From: an uncultured Chthonomonadaceae bacterium
GTDB lineage: Bacteria; Armatimonadota; Chthonomonadetes; Chthonomonadales; Chthonomonadaceae
NCBI GenBank assembly: GCA_963835065.1
Contig: CAWIEK010000001.1
Span: 32,001 to 96,000, forward strand
DNA length: 64,000 nt
Direction: 5' to 3'
The notes beneath the pieces were generated by a model. It worked only from the letters and a program-made list of their open reading frames with translations, searched no databases and was not told the origin of the DNA. Positions 20,435 to 30,714 of this stretch are shown one piece after another; the first letter of the stretch is position 1; each line of letters starts with the position of its first letter. Position numbers and translations under genes: made by a program.

Positions 20435-21856
20435 CTATGAAGCGTGTCCTGTTGCCATTGCCCAGAGCATGAACGCGGCAGCCGCGCCCATCAACACTAC
20501 CGTCAGCCAGCCCACGAAGTTCGACACGCGCCCGTTGACCCGGTTTTGCACGATTTTGCGATTGTTGCAGACCAACATCAGAACGACCAGAAGCGGCACG
20601 GCGACAACGCCATTCAGAATGGCGGAGTAAAACAGCGCTTTTACGGGGCTGATGCTTTGGACGAAATTGAGCGCGAAACCGCCCACGACCATCGCCGCGA
20701 TAGTCAGGTAGAATTTTTGGGCGCGATGGAAACGGCGGTACAGGCCGTAGCGCCAGTTAAACGTTTCGGCAAGCGCATACGCGGCGGAACCCGCAAGCGT
20801 CGGGATCGCCAGCAGTCCCGTTCCCACAATGCCGAGCGTGAACAGCCAGTACGCGGCGGGGCCGAGCGGCTTCAAGGCTTCCGCCGCGTCCTGCGCCGTG
20901 CTGATGTCGGTTTTGCCCTGCGCGTGAAGGGTTGCCGCCGCGCAGATTATAATGAAAAAGCACACGGCCTGCGAAGCCACCATGCCGATAATCGTATCGG
21001 TTCGCAGCGCGCGCACTTCCGCTTCCGTCGCCGGCTGAAGCCGGTGTCCCGGCGCGTCGGCAAGCCCCCCGGCGATCTCGTCTTCCACTTCCTCGCCCGC
21101 CTGCCAGAAGAACAGATACGGCGATATGGTGGTTCCCAAAAACCCCACCACCGTCATGATAAACTCCGGCTTCCAGCTCCAGGACGGCACAAGGCAGTGA
21201 CGCGCAATCTGGCCCCAATCGTTGTGTACGGAGGGCATCAGGCCGACGATGACATAAGCGGCCAGCGACAGGCACAGCCACTTGAGGACGCGCACGTAAT
21301 AGCGGTAGGGAATTAAAATCTGCGCGGCCACAATCACAGCGGTCAGCCCGGCCAGCCAGAGCGTAAACGGGGCTGGAAACAGCATCTTCGCCGCCGCCGC
21401 CATGATGTTGAGGTCAGCGTAGATGTTGATGAGGTTCGCGCCGATCAGCAGCGAAACGCACCCGTACAGCAGCCAGCGCGGATAATTCTCTTTGATGACC
21501 GCCGCCAGCCCTTTGCCCGTGACCACGCCCACGCGCCCGCACATCTCCTGCACGGCGATCATCAGCGGCAGGCAGGCGGGAACAAGCCACAGCAGGCTGT
21601 ACCCGAATTGCGCCCCCGTCACGGAGTACGTGCCGATGCCCGAAGGATCATCATCCGCCGCGCCCGTAATCAGGCCAGGCCCGACGCATGCGTACCAGGG
21701 CTTGCGCGCGTCGCACTCCGGCTCTACAGCGTGGGCGCTTGCCAGGTCTGCCGCATCTTCAAGCGCGTCTTCAGGAGTGAAATTCTCCTCCTTATTGGAT
21801 TGCAGGCCGTCCGGCAGGAGTTGTGTTGTCGCTTTATTATCTTTTGGTAGCGTCAT
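20435..21856 (-). CDS. NRAMP-related transporter, NRMT (Mg2+) subtype
   Basis: GPGLITGAADDDPSGI and GTTISPY instead of canonical DPGN / MPH motifs; many TM segments. Confidence 0.88.
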   Translation of the reverse strand: MTLPKDNKATTQLLPDGLQSNKEENFTPEDALEDAADLASAHAVEPECDARKPWYACVGPGLITGAADDDPSGIGTYSVTGAQFGYSLLWLVPACLPLMIAVQEMCGRVGVVTGKGLAAVIKENYPRWLLYGCVSLLIGANLINIYADLNIMAAAAKMLFPAPFTLWLAGLTAVIVAAQILIPYRYYVRVLKWLCLSLAAYVIVGLMPSVHNDWGQIARHCLVPSWSWKPEFIMTVVGFLGTTISPYLFFWQAGEEVEDEIAGGLADAPGHRLQPATEAEVRALRTDTIIGMVASQAVCFFIIICAAATLHAQGKTDISTAQDAAEALKPLGPAAYWLFTLGIVGTGLLAIPTLAGSAAYALAETFNWRYGLYRRFHRAQKFYLTIAAMVVGGFALNFVQSISPVKALFYSAILNGVVAVPLLVVLMLVCNNRKIVQNRVNGRVSNFVGWLTVVLMGAAAAFMLWAMATGHAS

Positions 21857-22360
21857 TCGCGCCTTTCGTGTTATATGTCTCTATCTCGATATATGTTTTT
21901 ATCTATCGTTCGTTGGATAGACGGATAAACGCGGCCTTTTGTTTCTATGACGCTGGAACATTGTTTTTGCTGCACAAGTGCGGTATAATGGCATGGCTTT
22001 GCTTCCAATGCCCGCGCCGTCCAGTGCGGTTTTAAGTATCTGTCGTGTTTATGCAGGCATCCATTGTTGCCGGGCATGTTGAGGAGCGCCAGGATAGAGG
22101 AAATGTCTACCGATTGCAGTGCCAGTACCTACGGTCGTCGCGGCGGCGCAGAAGACGCAGACTTGCGGCGGCAGGATTGCCCCTAGCCCTTTCCCTCGGA
22201 GCGCGGCAGGGCACTCCTGCGCGCTCACGCCTTTTCGATCTGCTTCCATCTTCCCTCCATGACGGCCTCCTGAACCAATGACGCTCCTCCTGTCGGCGTG
22301 ATCCGCTTTGTCACGCCCGCCCAGGAGCGTTACCATCACCATCACCAGGGAGATGTCGCC

Positions 22361-23638
22361 ATGCTCAACCCTTCCCTGCGGCGGCGCTTCGCGTCGAGTC
22401 GCCTGTTTGTGTTCCTCAGCCTGTTGGGGCCGGGTATTATTGCCGCCAACGCCGACAACGACGCCAGCGGCATTTATGGCTACTCGCTCGCCGGCGCGCA
22501 GTATCGTTACGCCATGCTGTGGGTATTGGTGCTGTCCACCATCTCGCTCGGCGTGGCGCAGGAGATTTGCGCCCGCATGGGAGCCGTGACCGGCAAGGGG
22601 CTGGCCGATCTCATCCGCGAGGAGTATGGCGTTAAAATCACGCTGTTCGCCATGCTCGCCCTGCTTGCCGCCAACTTCGCCACAACGGTTTCCGAGTTCG
22701 CGGGCATTCTCGCCGCCGTAGAATTGTTCGCGGGGCCGAAGGCGCGGTTTTGGGCGCTGCCGCTTGTCGCGGGAGTTGTTTGGATGCTGGTGGCGCGGGG
22801 TTCCTACAAGCGTTTGGAGCGCATCCTGCTCGGCGCGTCGCTGGTTTACCTGCTTTACATCGTAAGCGCGTTTCTGGCGCATCCGAACTGGGGGCAGGTG
22901 GCGCGGGAAACGCTTGTTCCCAACCTGAAAGCCGTTTCGCCATTCAAAGATTACGTGTTTATGATTATCAACGTGGTCGGCACGACGATCACGCCCTGGG
23001 GCCAGTTTTATATCCAATCGTCCGTGCGGGATAAGGGGATTCAGGCCAGCGAGTACGCGCATACCCGCCTTGATGTTCTATTCGGCGCATTTTTCACCAA
23101 CTTCATCGCCTTTTTTATCATCGTGTGCTGTGGAGCCACGCTGTTTGCGGCGGGTATCCATCAGGTGGATGATGCGGGACAGGTGGCAAGAGCGCTGACG
23201 CCCCTCGCCGGTTCGCTGGCGACGGTGTTGTTCGCCATCGGCCTGTTCAACGCTTCGTGCTTCGGGGCTATTGCCGTGCCGCTTTCCACAGCCTACGCGC
23301 TGACCGAGTCGCTTGGCTCCGAGTCCGCATTGGGCAGACGGACGCGGGAAGCGCCCCTGTTCATCGGCACGTTTACCTTTCTGATTGTGGCGTCCGCCCT
23401 GCTGGTCATGTTGTTTCCCTCGCATTTGACAACGCTGATTCTGCTGCCCAACATCATCGGCGCGGCGCTGCTGCCGATCATTCTGGTGCTGATGCTCCTG
23501 CTCGTCAACAACAAGCGCCTGATGGGAGAGTTCACCAACAGCCGCATTTACAATGCTATTGCCTGGACGACAACCGTCGTGCTGATTGTTTTATCGCTCA
23601 TTCTCTTCGTGACCAACATCCTGCCCGTCGGGCACTGA
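22361..23638 (+). CDS. NRAMP-related transporter, NRMT (Mg2+) subtype
   Basis: GPGIIAANADNDASGI and GTTITPWGQFY; ATG 22361 after GGGAG. Confidence 0.88.
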   Translation: MLNPSLRRRFASSRLFVFLSLLGPGIIAANADNDASGIYGYSLAGAQYRYAMLWVLVLSTISLGVAQEICARMGAVTGKGLADLIREEYGVKITLFAMLALLAANFATTVSEFAGILAAVELFAGPKARFWALPLVAGVVWMLVARGSYKRLERILLGASLVYLLYIVSAFLAHPNWGQVARETLVPNLKAVSPFKDYVFMIINVVGTTITPWGQFYIQSSVRDKGIQASEYAHTRLDVLFGAFFTNFIAFFIIVCCGATLFAAGIHQVDDAGQVARALTPLAGSLATVLFAIGLFNASCFGAIAVPLSTAYALTESLGSESALGRRTREAPLFIGTFTFLIVASALLVMLFPSHLTTLILLPNIIGAALLPIILVLMLLLVNNKRLMGEFTNSRIYNAIAWTTTVVLIVLSLILFVTNILPVGH

Positions 23639-23645
23639 CAAGGGG

Positions 23646-23798
23646 AATTCTTCACCACCAAGACGCTAAGAACACCAAGAAGAGCGAGAAGAAAGACGTA
23701 ATAAAAACTACAGGAGTGAACGTAAACGTCTCCGGTTCTGTGCCTTTTTCGTTGCCTGTTTTCTCTTGGTGTTCTTGGCGTCTTGGTGGTGAAGAATT
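23646..23798. repeat. MITE-like element with 35-bp inverted arms
   Basis: 23646-23680 aattcttcaccaccaagacgctaagaacaccaaga versus 23764-23798, reverse complement with one mismatch. Confidence 0.85.
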
Positions 23799-23818
23799 AT
23801 GTGAAAGGAGGTTTTACC

Positions 23819-25253
23819 ATGATCTGGAGATTGCGCGTTGCGGGCAGGCAGGCGGCATTGTTAATCCGGCTGGCAGTTCTGGCGACTCTGTGCTGCCTTC
23901 CCTGTGGCGCGTTTGGACAGGCCGAGCCGACGCCTTCCGGCGGCAATCCGCAGAAGCCTGCGCCCGCCGCGCCGCCCAATCTGCCGCCCCGCGCCCTTCT
24001 GCCCTACGAAATCGGCCTGCAAGCCACGCTGATTGACCAGCAGTTGTTCAAGTTTCACAGTCCTTATGCCGGGCCGCTCAGTCTGCGCTCCCGAACCGAA
24101 AACGAGAAATCCGATACCTACACGCTGTATCTGGGCGTCCGGCTGACAAAGGGACTGGAATTTTTTATTAACCCGGAAATGGCGCGCGGCAACGGCATCA
24201 GCCAGGCGCTTGGGATTGGCGGGGTTCACGAACGGCGACGTGATCCGCAACCCCACGCTTGGACAGGACCCCTATTTCGGGCGCTACCTGCTGCGCGGCA
24301 CGGTTCCCCTCGGCAAAGAGGAAGAAGAGATTCCGCCGGGAGAAAATCAGATCGCGGGCACGAAACGCCCCGTTCATCGCGTGGTCATTACAGCAGGCAA
24401 ATTCGGAACCAACGATATTTTCGACACCAATGCGTATGCCAACAGCACCCGGACACAGTTTATGAACTGGTCGCTTATCAACAACGGCGCGTTTGATTAT
24501 GCGGCGGATACCAGGGGCTACTCGCAGGGGCTTGCCGTCGAATGGGTCAACCCGAAGTGGGCGCTGCGCGTCGGCTCGTTTCAAATGCCCACGGAAGCCA
24601 ACGGCATCAGCCTTTCCGACGACCTGATACACAGCCGGGGCGACCAGGCCGAAGTGGAACTGCATCCGCGTTTATTGCCCAAAAAGAACCCACTCGTGCT
24701 GCGGCTGTTGGGCTATCGCAACTTCGCGCGCATGGGCGATTATCGGCAGGCCGTTTCGCAGGCGCAGCAGGCCGGGACAACGCCCGATATTACCGCCACG
24801 CGCAGGCGCGGCAACGTGAAGTACGGTTTCGGAGTCAACTTCGAGCAGCCGCTTGCCGACGACGGCAACACGGGCGTTTTCGGACGCTATGGCTGGAACG
24901 ACGGGCGTACCGAAAGTTTCGCGTATACGGAGATTGACCGTACGCTTTCCTTCGGCGGGCAGTTGTCCGGCAAGCGCTGGAAACGAGCGGATGACCGTTT
25001 AGCGCTCGCCCTCGTGCAAAACGATCTTTCCAGTCCGCATAAGGACTATCTCGCGGCAGGCGGCCAGGGGTTTCTGTTGGGAGACGGCAGGCTCAACTAT
25101 GGCCCGGAACAGATTTTAGAAACGTACTATTCGTTTCAAGTGGCAAAGCCGCTGGCGCTGGCGCTGGATTACCAGTTCATCAACCATCCCGGCTACAACC
25201 AGGATCGCGGCCCCGTTTCCGTACTGTCGCTGCGGGCGCATCTTGAATTTTGA
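23819..25253 (+). CDS. OprB-family carbohydrate/metal porin (frameshift near 24213)
   Basis: FHSPYAG..LYLGVRL..NPEMARG + GLAGFTNG..FDTNAYAN..QFMNW..DYAADTRGY..PGYNQDRGP; terminal Phe. Confidence 0.85.
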
Positions 25254-25306
25254 ATGTCGGCTGCTGTCCAGATCAAGCAGGCAACGAAATCACGGCAGCA
25301 GCGTAA

Positions 25307-26752
25307 ATGGGTTCACGGGTTGATAATCTGCCGGGGGGAGAACACCAGATGAGTGCATCCAGAGAGCCGTTTGGGGAGCGACAGCGGCTGATGACCGTGC
25401 GCCGGGATGTGATGGAAGTGGCGCGGCAAATTCGCGCCACCCTCGCCCCGGAACAGGCGGCGCAGCTGCGCGAGGTTCTGCAAACCTACCATCCCGCCGA
25501 CCTTGCCGACGCCATGCTGTTTCTGGGCGAACACGAAGATACCGTCGTTTTCCAGGCGCTCGATACGGAAGAAGCCGCCGAAGTGCTGGACGAGGTAGAC
25601 GCGGCGACGGAAGCCCGGCTTATCGGCGTCACCAGCCCGGATAGGCTTGCCGACATGCTGGAACATCTGCCTCCCGATGAAGGAGCCGATGTGGTCGGCG
25701 GAATGTCCCGAGAGGAAGCCGAACGGGTCTTGACGCTGACGGATACGGTCACAGCGCGGGAAATCCGCGCGCTCCTCGCGTATCCCAAAGATACAGCCGG
25801 CGGCATTATGTCGCTGGGCTACGTGGATGTACTCGACACGGCGACGCAGGCGGACGCCATTGCCCGCTTCCGCGAAAAGCAGGACGCGGAACACATCTTC
25901 TTTGTCTATGTCGTGGACGCGCAGGGTAGCCTACGCGGGTCTGTAGACTTGCGGACGCTGCTTACCGCCAATCCCACAACGCCGATACGCGAACTTATGT
26001 GCGCGGAAGTGGTCACGGTCACGCCCGATTGCGACCAGGAACAGGTTGCCCACGTTTTTGCCCGCTATGACCTGACCGCCCTGCCTGTTGTCAGCCCGCG
26101 CCCGGAACACCGCTTGTTGGGCGTGATTACGTCCGATGACATTATTGACGTGATTCAGGAAGAAGCGGCGGAAGATGTCGCCCACATGTCCGGCTCGGAT
26201 GCGCAGGAACTGGAGAACAAATCCCCCGCGCGCGTGGCCGTCCTGCGCCTGCCGTGGATCATGGCGACCCTGTTCATCGAACTGCTGGCCGGGCTTGTGA
26301 TTCACGTTTTCGATAAAACGCTGACGAAATATATTCTGCTGGCCTCGTTCATGCCGATTATTTCCGCCATTTCCGGCAACACGGGCTTGCAGTCCGCCGC
26401 CATCATCATACGAGGCTTATCCACCGGACACGTTCAGCTTGCGCACTGGAAACATGCCGTGCTGCGACAGATAGGCACGACGGCGATTTTGGGCGGGGCC
26501 TGCGCCCTGACGCTCGGCCTCATTGGGGCAATCTGGGATCACCATTGGGCGTTCGGCCTGACGGTATTTTTGGGCATGTTTCTTGCCGTCAACATCGCGG
26601 GCATCGTCGGCACGATTGTTCCCCTGCTTTCCAAGCGGGCGGGCTTCGATCCCGCGCTGACGGCAGGGCCGTTTGAGACCGCCTTTCAGGACGTGATCGG
26701 CATCAGCATCTTCCTGAGTCTCGCCGCTTTCCTGCTCCACTGGCTGCGGTGA
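25307..26752 (+). CDS. mgtE: Magnesium transporter MgtE
   Basis: HPADLAD N-domain, TAGGIM + CBS pair, RLPW, GNTGLQS, DPA..GPF.TAFQD. Confidence 0.93.
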   Translation: MGSRVDNLPGGEHQMSASREPFGERQRLMTVRRDVMEVARQIRATLAPEQAAQLREVLQTYHPADLADAMLFLGEHEDTVVFQALDTEEAAEVLDEVDAATEARLIGVTSPDRLADMLEHLPPDEGADVVGGMSREEAERVLTLTDTVTAREIRALLAYPKDTAGGIMSLGYVDVLDTATQADAIARFREKQDAEHIFFVYVVDAQGSLRGSVDLRTLLTANPTTPIRELMCAEVVTVTPDCDQEQVAHVFARYDLTALPVVSPRPEHRLLGVITSDDIIDVIQEEAAEDVAHMSGSDAQELENKSPARVAVLRLPWIMATLFIELLAGLVIHVFDKTLTKYILLASFMPIISAISGNTGLQSAAIIIRGLSTGHVQLAHWKHAVLRQIGTTAILGGACALTLGLIGAIWDHHWAFGLTVFLGMFLAVNIAGIVGTIVPLLSKRAGFDPALTAGPFETAFQDVIGISIFLSLAAFLLHWLR

Positions 26753-26781
26753 AAACAACACAAACACATCTTGCAAACACA

Positions 26782-27583
26782 ATGGACGAGATCGCAAAAT
26801 ACAACAGGGAACGCTGGCAGGCGCTTGCGGATGCGGATGCGCTTTTTACGCGCCCCAACCTTGATCTTACACCTGCTTCAGCGCGGGAGTTTCTGGATGC
26901 CGAGGGGATGCTTGGCGAGGTGGCAGGCAAGGAGGTACTGTGCCTCGCTTCCGGCGGCGGGCAGCAGTCGGCGGCATTTGCCCTGTTGGGAGCCAACGTC
27001 ACCGTATACGATCTGTCGGAAGCGCAGTTGGAACGGGACAAACAGGCGGCAGCGCATTATCATATTGCCATCAAAACCGTACAGGGCGACATGCGGGACT
27101 TATCGGCATTGCTCTCTGCCTCCTTCGATCATCGTATATCAGCCCTTTTCGATTGGCTACGTTCCCGATGTCAGGATTGTGTTCGCGCAGGTGGCAAGAG
27201 TGCTGCGTCCAGGCGGAATGTATTACCTTGCGGGTGACAATCCGTTCCTGTGCGGCATGAGCGCGGCGGATTGGAACGGCGAAGGCTACACGCTGAAAGC
27301 GCCTTATCAGGACGAGGCGTTGTACGTCAGCCCCGACCCGGAGTGGGTGTACGCCCGCAGTGCGAAGCCCCTGCCCGATGTGCGCGAGTCGCGCTTGTAT
27401 CGGCATACGCTTGCCAATATGCTCAACAGCCTGTTCGAGTTGGGCTTTACCCTGCTGCATGTTTCCGACAGCAAGCACATCTACCCGGATACGAGCGCCG
27501 AGCCGGGCACGTGGGATCATTTTGTCGCTTACGCGCCCGTTTATCTCAGTTATTGGCTGCGCTACCAGCCCGCCACTTTGTAA
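26782..27583 (+). CDS. Class I SAM-dependent methyltransferase (frameshift near 27128)
   Basis: VLCLASGGGQQ, YDLSEAQL, GDMRDL, SFD/IVYQP, RVLRPGG. Confidence 0.85.
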
Positions 27584-27666
27584 TGGTCAGATTCTCCCCA
27601 AAGGCCGGGTACTTTCAGTACCCGGAACCTTCCTGCGCACACAAGATTGCGCCCTATTTTATGTCA

Positions 27667-28824
27667 TCAACGCGCCTGCACGGACACCCATTGCCGATGC
27701 TGTTCGCCCACATACACGGACTGCGGACGTATGAGGCGATTGAGGCGCTGCTGCTCGAAACAATGGGCTATCCACCCGGCGACGCGCCCGATGGCAAACG
27801 TAGGCGTGAATAGTTCTGTCGGCAGTCCCAAACCGTGCAGCAATAAGGCTGTATAGAATTCCACATTGGTTTGCAGATGCCGTCCCGGTTTGTATTCCTC
27901 CAAAAGACGCAGAGCGGTTTGCTCTACAGACAATGCCAGCGCGTACAGCGCCTTGTCTCCATCGTTGTTGAACAAACGCTCTGCCGCCGACGCCAGCACG
28001 TCGGCTCTTGGGTCACGAACCTTATAAATGCGATGTCCAAATCCCATCAGCCGCTCACCCTGTTCCAGTTTTGCCCGCAAATAAGCTTCGGCGTGTTCCG
28101 CTTGCCCGATTTCAAACACCATGTCTAAGGCCGGGCCGGGAGCGCCGCCATGCAGCGGGCCTTTCAGCGCGCCGACTGCGCCGACAATCGCGGACACCAG
28201 ATCGGACCGCGTGGCAATAATGACGCGGGCGGCAAAAGTGGAAGCGTTCAAGCCATGATCTACGACGGTGTTCAAATAGGTGTCAAGCGCGTGGCTCTGC
28301 TCGTATGTGGGTTCTTCACCCGTAAGCATGTACAGGTAGTTGGCGGCGTGGCCCAGATCAGGCCGGGGCGCAACGAGCGGCTTGTCGTTGAGCCGCCGCC
28401 AGTAAGCCGCGATGATCGTGGGAAAACTCGCTGTCAGCAGGATGGCTTCGCGCTCAATGCCGGAGGTTTGGCCTGCCCCGCTTCCAAACTGAGAGTGCTG
28501 GCCGCCATTCGCAGCGCATCCATCGGGAGCGTCTTTTTGGCCGCCGCCGCTTGCAGCACATGCAAGCGTGATTTCCGGCAGCGTTCTATGCGCTGAAAGC
28601 GCCTGCTTAAACTCTGAAAGTTGGGCGGCGTTCGGTAGCGCGTCATGCCACAGCAGATACGCCACTTCCTCAAAACCTGCCTGTGGCGCCAGTTCTTCGA
28701 CAGGAAACCCGGCGATTATCAACTCGCCCGCTTGCCCGTCCACGCCGCTGATGCGCGTTTCCGCGGCGACAACGCCCTCCAATCCCGCTTTTACCTGTGT
28801 TGCCGTCCCTGTTGTTGCTGTCAT
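27667..28824 (-). CDS. Citrate synthase family enzyme (two compensating frameshifts at ~28560 and ~28490)
   Basis: GLEGVVAAET, DHGLNASTF, GPLHGGA, MGFGHRIY..DPR, NVEFY, IRP; the PMDALR segment lies in the alternative frame. Confidence 0.9.
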   Translation of the reverse strand: MTATTGTATQVKAGLEGVVAAETRISGVDGQAGELIIAGFPVEELAPQAGFEEVAYLLWHDALPNAAQLSEFKQALSAHRTLPEITLACAASGGGQKDAPDGCAANGGQHSQFGSGAGQTSGIEREAILLTASFPTIIAAYWRRLNDKPLVAPRPDLGHAANYLYMLTGEEPTYEQSHALDTYLNTVVDHGLNASTFAARVIIATRSDLVSAIVGAVGALKGPLHGGAPGPALDMVFEIGQAEHAEAYLRAKLEQGERLMGFGHRIYKVRDPRADVLASAAERLFNNDGDKALYALALSVEQTALRLLEEYKPGRHLQTNVEFYTALLLHGLGLPTELFTPTFAIGRVAGWIAHCFEQQRLNRLIRPQSVYVGEQHRQWVSVQAR

Positions 28825-28897
28825 GCTCGTTCCTCCCGTTGCAAGGTGACTGTTCTTCCGGCTATAATATGAGACAGGAGTACTAGCATTGTCAATC

Positions 28898-28913
28898 TTG
28901 ATTCCGCAATCAA
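28898..28913. promoter_or_regulatory. Candidate operator palindrome TTGATT-N4-AATCAA
   Basis: ttgattccgcaatcaa in the ~125 bp divergent intergenic region. Confidence 0.45.
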
Positions 28914-28949
28914 TATATGATTTAGAGCAGGATGTGAGCGAACAGCGTA

Positions 28950-30221
28950 GTGAGCAAAGAGGAACCAAAACAGAATACGGGCGTGTACATGAGCGCGGCG
29001 GAAGCGGCGCAGGCGTTGGGCATCAGCCTGCCGACGCTGTATTCGTATGTCAGCCGGGGGCTGCTTCGTTCCGAGTTTGCGGACGCGAGGAAGCGAACGC
29101 GGCGCTACCATGCCGAAGATGTACAGCGGCTGAAAGAGCGGCAGGAAATCCGGCGCGACCCGCAGAAAGTAGTGGACACCGCCCTGCATTGGGGAACGCC
29201 CCTCCTGCCCTCCGCCCTGACGCTGATTGAAGGAGGACGCTTCTACTATCGCGGGCAGGACGCGCTTGATATGGCCGTAAACAGTACCGTTGAGCAGGTG
29301 GCGGCATGGATGTGGACAGGCAACGCGGCACAGGCAAATGTTCTCTTTTCACAGCCGCTTTTGCCCCTGCCGCCGCATGTCGAAAGCCTGTTGCCCTTGC
29401 TGCGCGAGGTGCCGCCGATGGAGCGTTTTCAGGCGGTTTTACCCCTCTTAGCGGCAGAGGATGTGGCGGCTTATGATTTTCGGCCTTTCCCGGTGGCGCT
29501 GACGGGCGCGCGCCTGCTGCGGCGAATGGCAATGCTTGCGGTAAACGAGGAAAAAGGTTCAGCGGAGGAAGGCATCGCGGGCTGGCTGCAGCAGGCGCAG
29601 AAGCCACAACACCCGCAAGCCGCGCCGCTCTTTAATGCCGCTTTGATTTTGTGCGCTGACCATGAATTGAATGTTTCTTCGTTTACAGCGCGGTGCGTGG
29701 CTTCGGCAGGTTCCCCGCCCTATGCCGTTGTCAGCGCCGGATTGGCGGCTTTGCAGGGCGTCAAGCATGGCGGGATGAGCGCGCGCGTGGAAGCCTTATT
29801 CCGGGAAACCGGCAGGCCGGAGCAGGCGCGCGATTTGATTGCGCAGCGTATCCGGCGCGGCGAGACTGTGCCGGGTTTCGGGCATCGGCTTTACCCTGAC
29901 GGCGACCCGCGCGGCAAACTGCTGCTGGAACTGGTAAAATCCGCGTATCCACAAGCGCCGAGTGTACAATTAGCTATGGCGCTGGCGGAAGCGGCGGAAT
30001 CAGCGTTGCGCGAACAACCCAACATTGATTTCGCTCTGGCGACTTTGTGTTCAACACTGGAACTGCCTTCAGGAACGGCCATTACCTTGTTTGCGCTGGG
30101 ACGGGCTATCGGCTGGATCGGACATGCGATAGAAGAATATCAGGCCGACCACCTTATTCGTCCGCGCGCTCACTACACCGGAAGCCTGCCGCAGGGTTCA
30201 AAGGCAACCGAAATAACATAA
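28950..30221 (+). CDS. HTH (excisionase/MerR-like) - citrate synthase-like fusion protein
   Basis: MSAAEAAQALGISLPTLYSYVSRGLL HTH, then DHELNVSSF, KHGG, GFGHRLY, DPR, NIDF, RPRA. Confidence 0.88.
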   Translation: MSKEEPKQNTGVYMSAAEAAQALGISLPTLYSYVSRGLLRSEFADARKRTRRYHAEDVQRLKERQEIRRDPQKVVDTALHWGTPLLPSALTLIEGGRFYYRGQDALDMAVNSTVEQVAAWMWTGNAAQANVLFSQPLLPLPPHVESLLPLLREVPPMERFQAVLPLLAAEDVAAYDFRPFPVALTGARLLRRMAMLAVNEEKGSAEEGIAGWLQQAQKPQHPQAAPLFNAALILCADHELNVSSFTARCVASAGSPPYAVVSAGLAALQGVKHGGMSARVEALFRETGRPEQARDLIAQRIRRGETVPGFGHRLYPDGDPRGKLLLELVKSAYPQAPSVQLAMALAEAAESALREQPNIDFALATLCSTLELPSGTAITLFALGRAIGWIGHAIEEYQADHLIRPRAHYTGSLPQGSKATEIT

Positions 30222-30290
30222 CGCGCTTTATGGCGCAGGCCCTCAGCCTTGCGCAGAGGCTTGGCGGCGCGCAAAGAATAGGATTTTCAG

Positions 30291-30671
30291 ATGAATGTGA
30301 AAAATGTATTGGGCGAAGCGTTAGAGCCGTGTTCCCTGCAGCCGCTGACGGGCTTTCGGCGCGACGGCTGCTGCAGCACGGACGCCGATGATGGAGGCTT
30401 GCATCTCGTCTGCGCCCAGGTGACGCAGGACTTTTTGGAGTACACCAAAGCGCAGGGCAACGATCTTTCCACCCCGATGCCCGCGTATGGCTTTCCAGGC
30501 CTGAGACCCGGCGACCGCTGGTGCCTGTGCGTGGACAAATGGCTGGAAGCCAAAGAAGCCGGAGTTGCGCCGCCCCTGATTTTAAGCGCCACGCACCAGA
30601 AAACCTTGCAGCACATCTCCCCGGAAACCCTGACCGCGCACGCGCTCGACGCGCCGAAAACTGATATTTAA
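30291..30671 (+). CDS. DUF2237 family protein
   Basis: NVLGE.LEPCS..P.TGF.RDGCC..G.H.VC..GNDLSTP..FPGL.PGDRWCLC. Confidence 0.9.
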   Translation: MNVKNVLGEALEPCSLQPLTGFRRDGCCSTDADDGGLHLVCAQVTQDFLEYTKAQGNDLSTPMPAYGFPGLRPGDRWCLCVDKWLEAKEAGVAPPLILSATHQKTLQHISPETLTAHALDAPKTDI

Positions 30672-30714
30672 CCAAGAAACCATGACGCCTGTTATAAGTC
30701 CAAAGGAGACATCA

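Noticed and set aside
21860..22360. M-box (ykoK) or yybP-ykoY riboswitch
   Set aside because: Consensus motifs not recognisable by eye; reported only as an unassigned structured leader.
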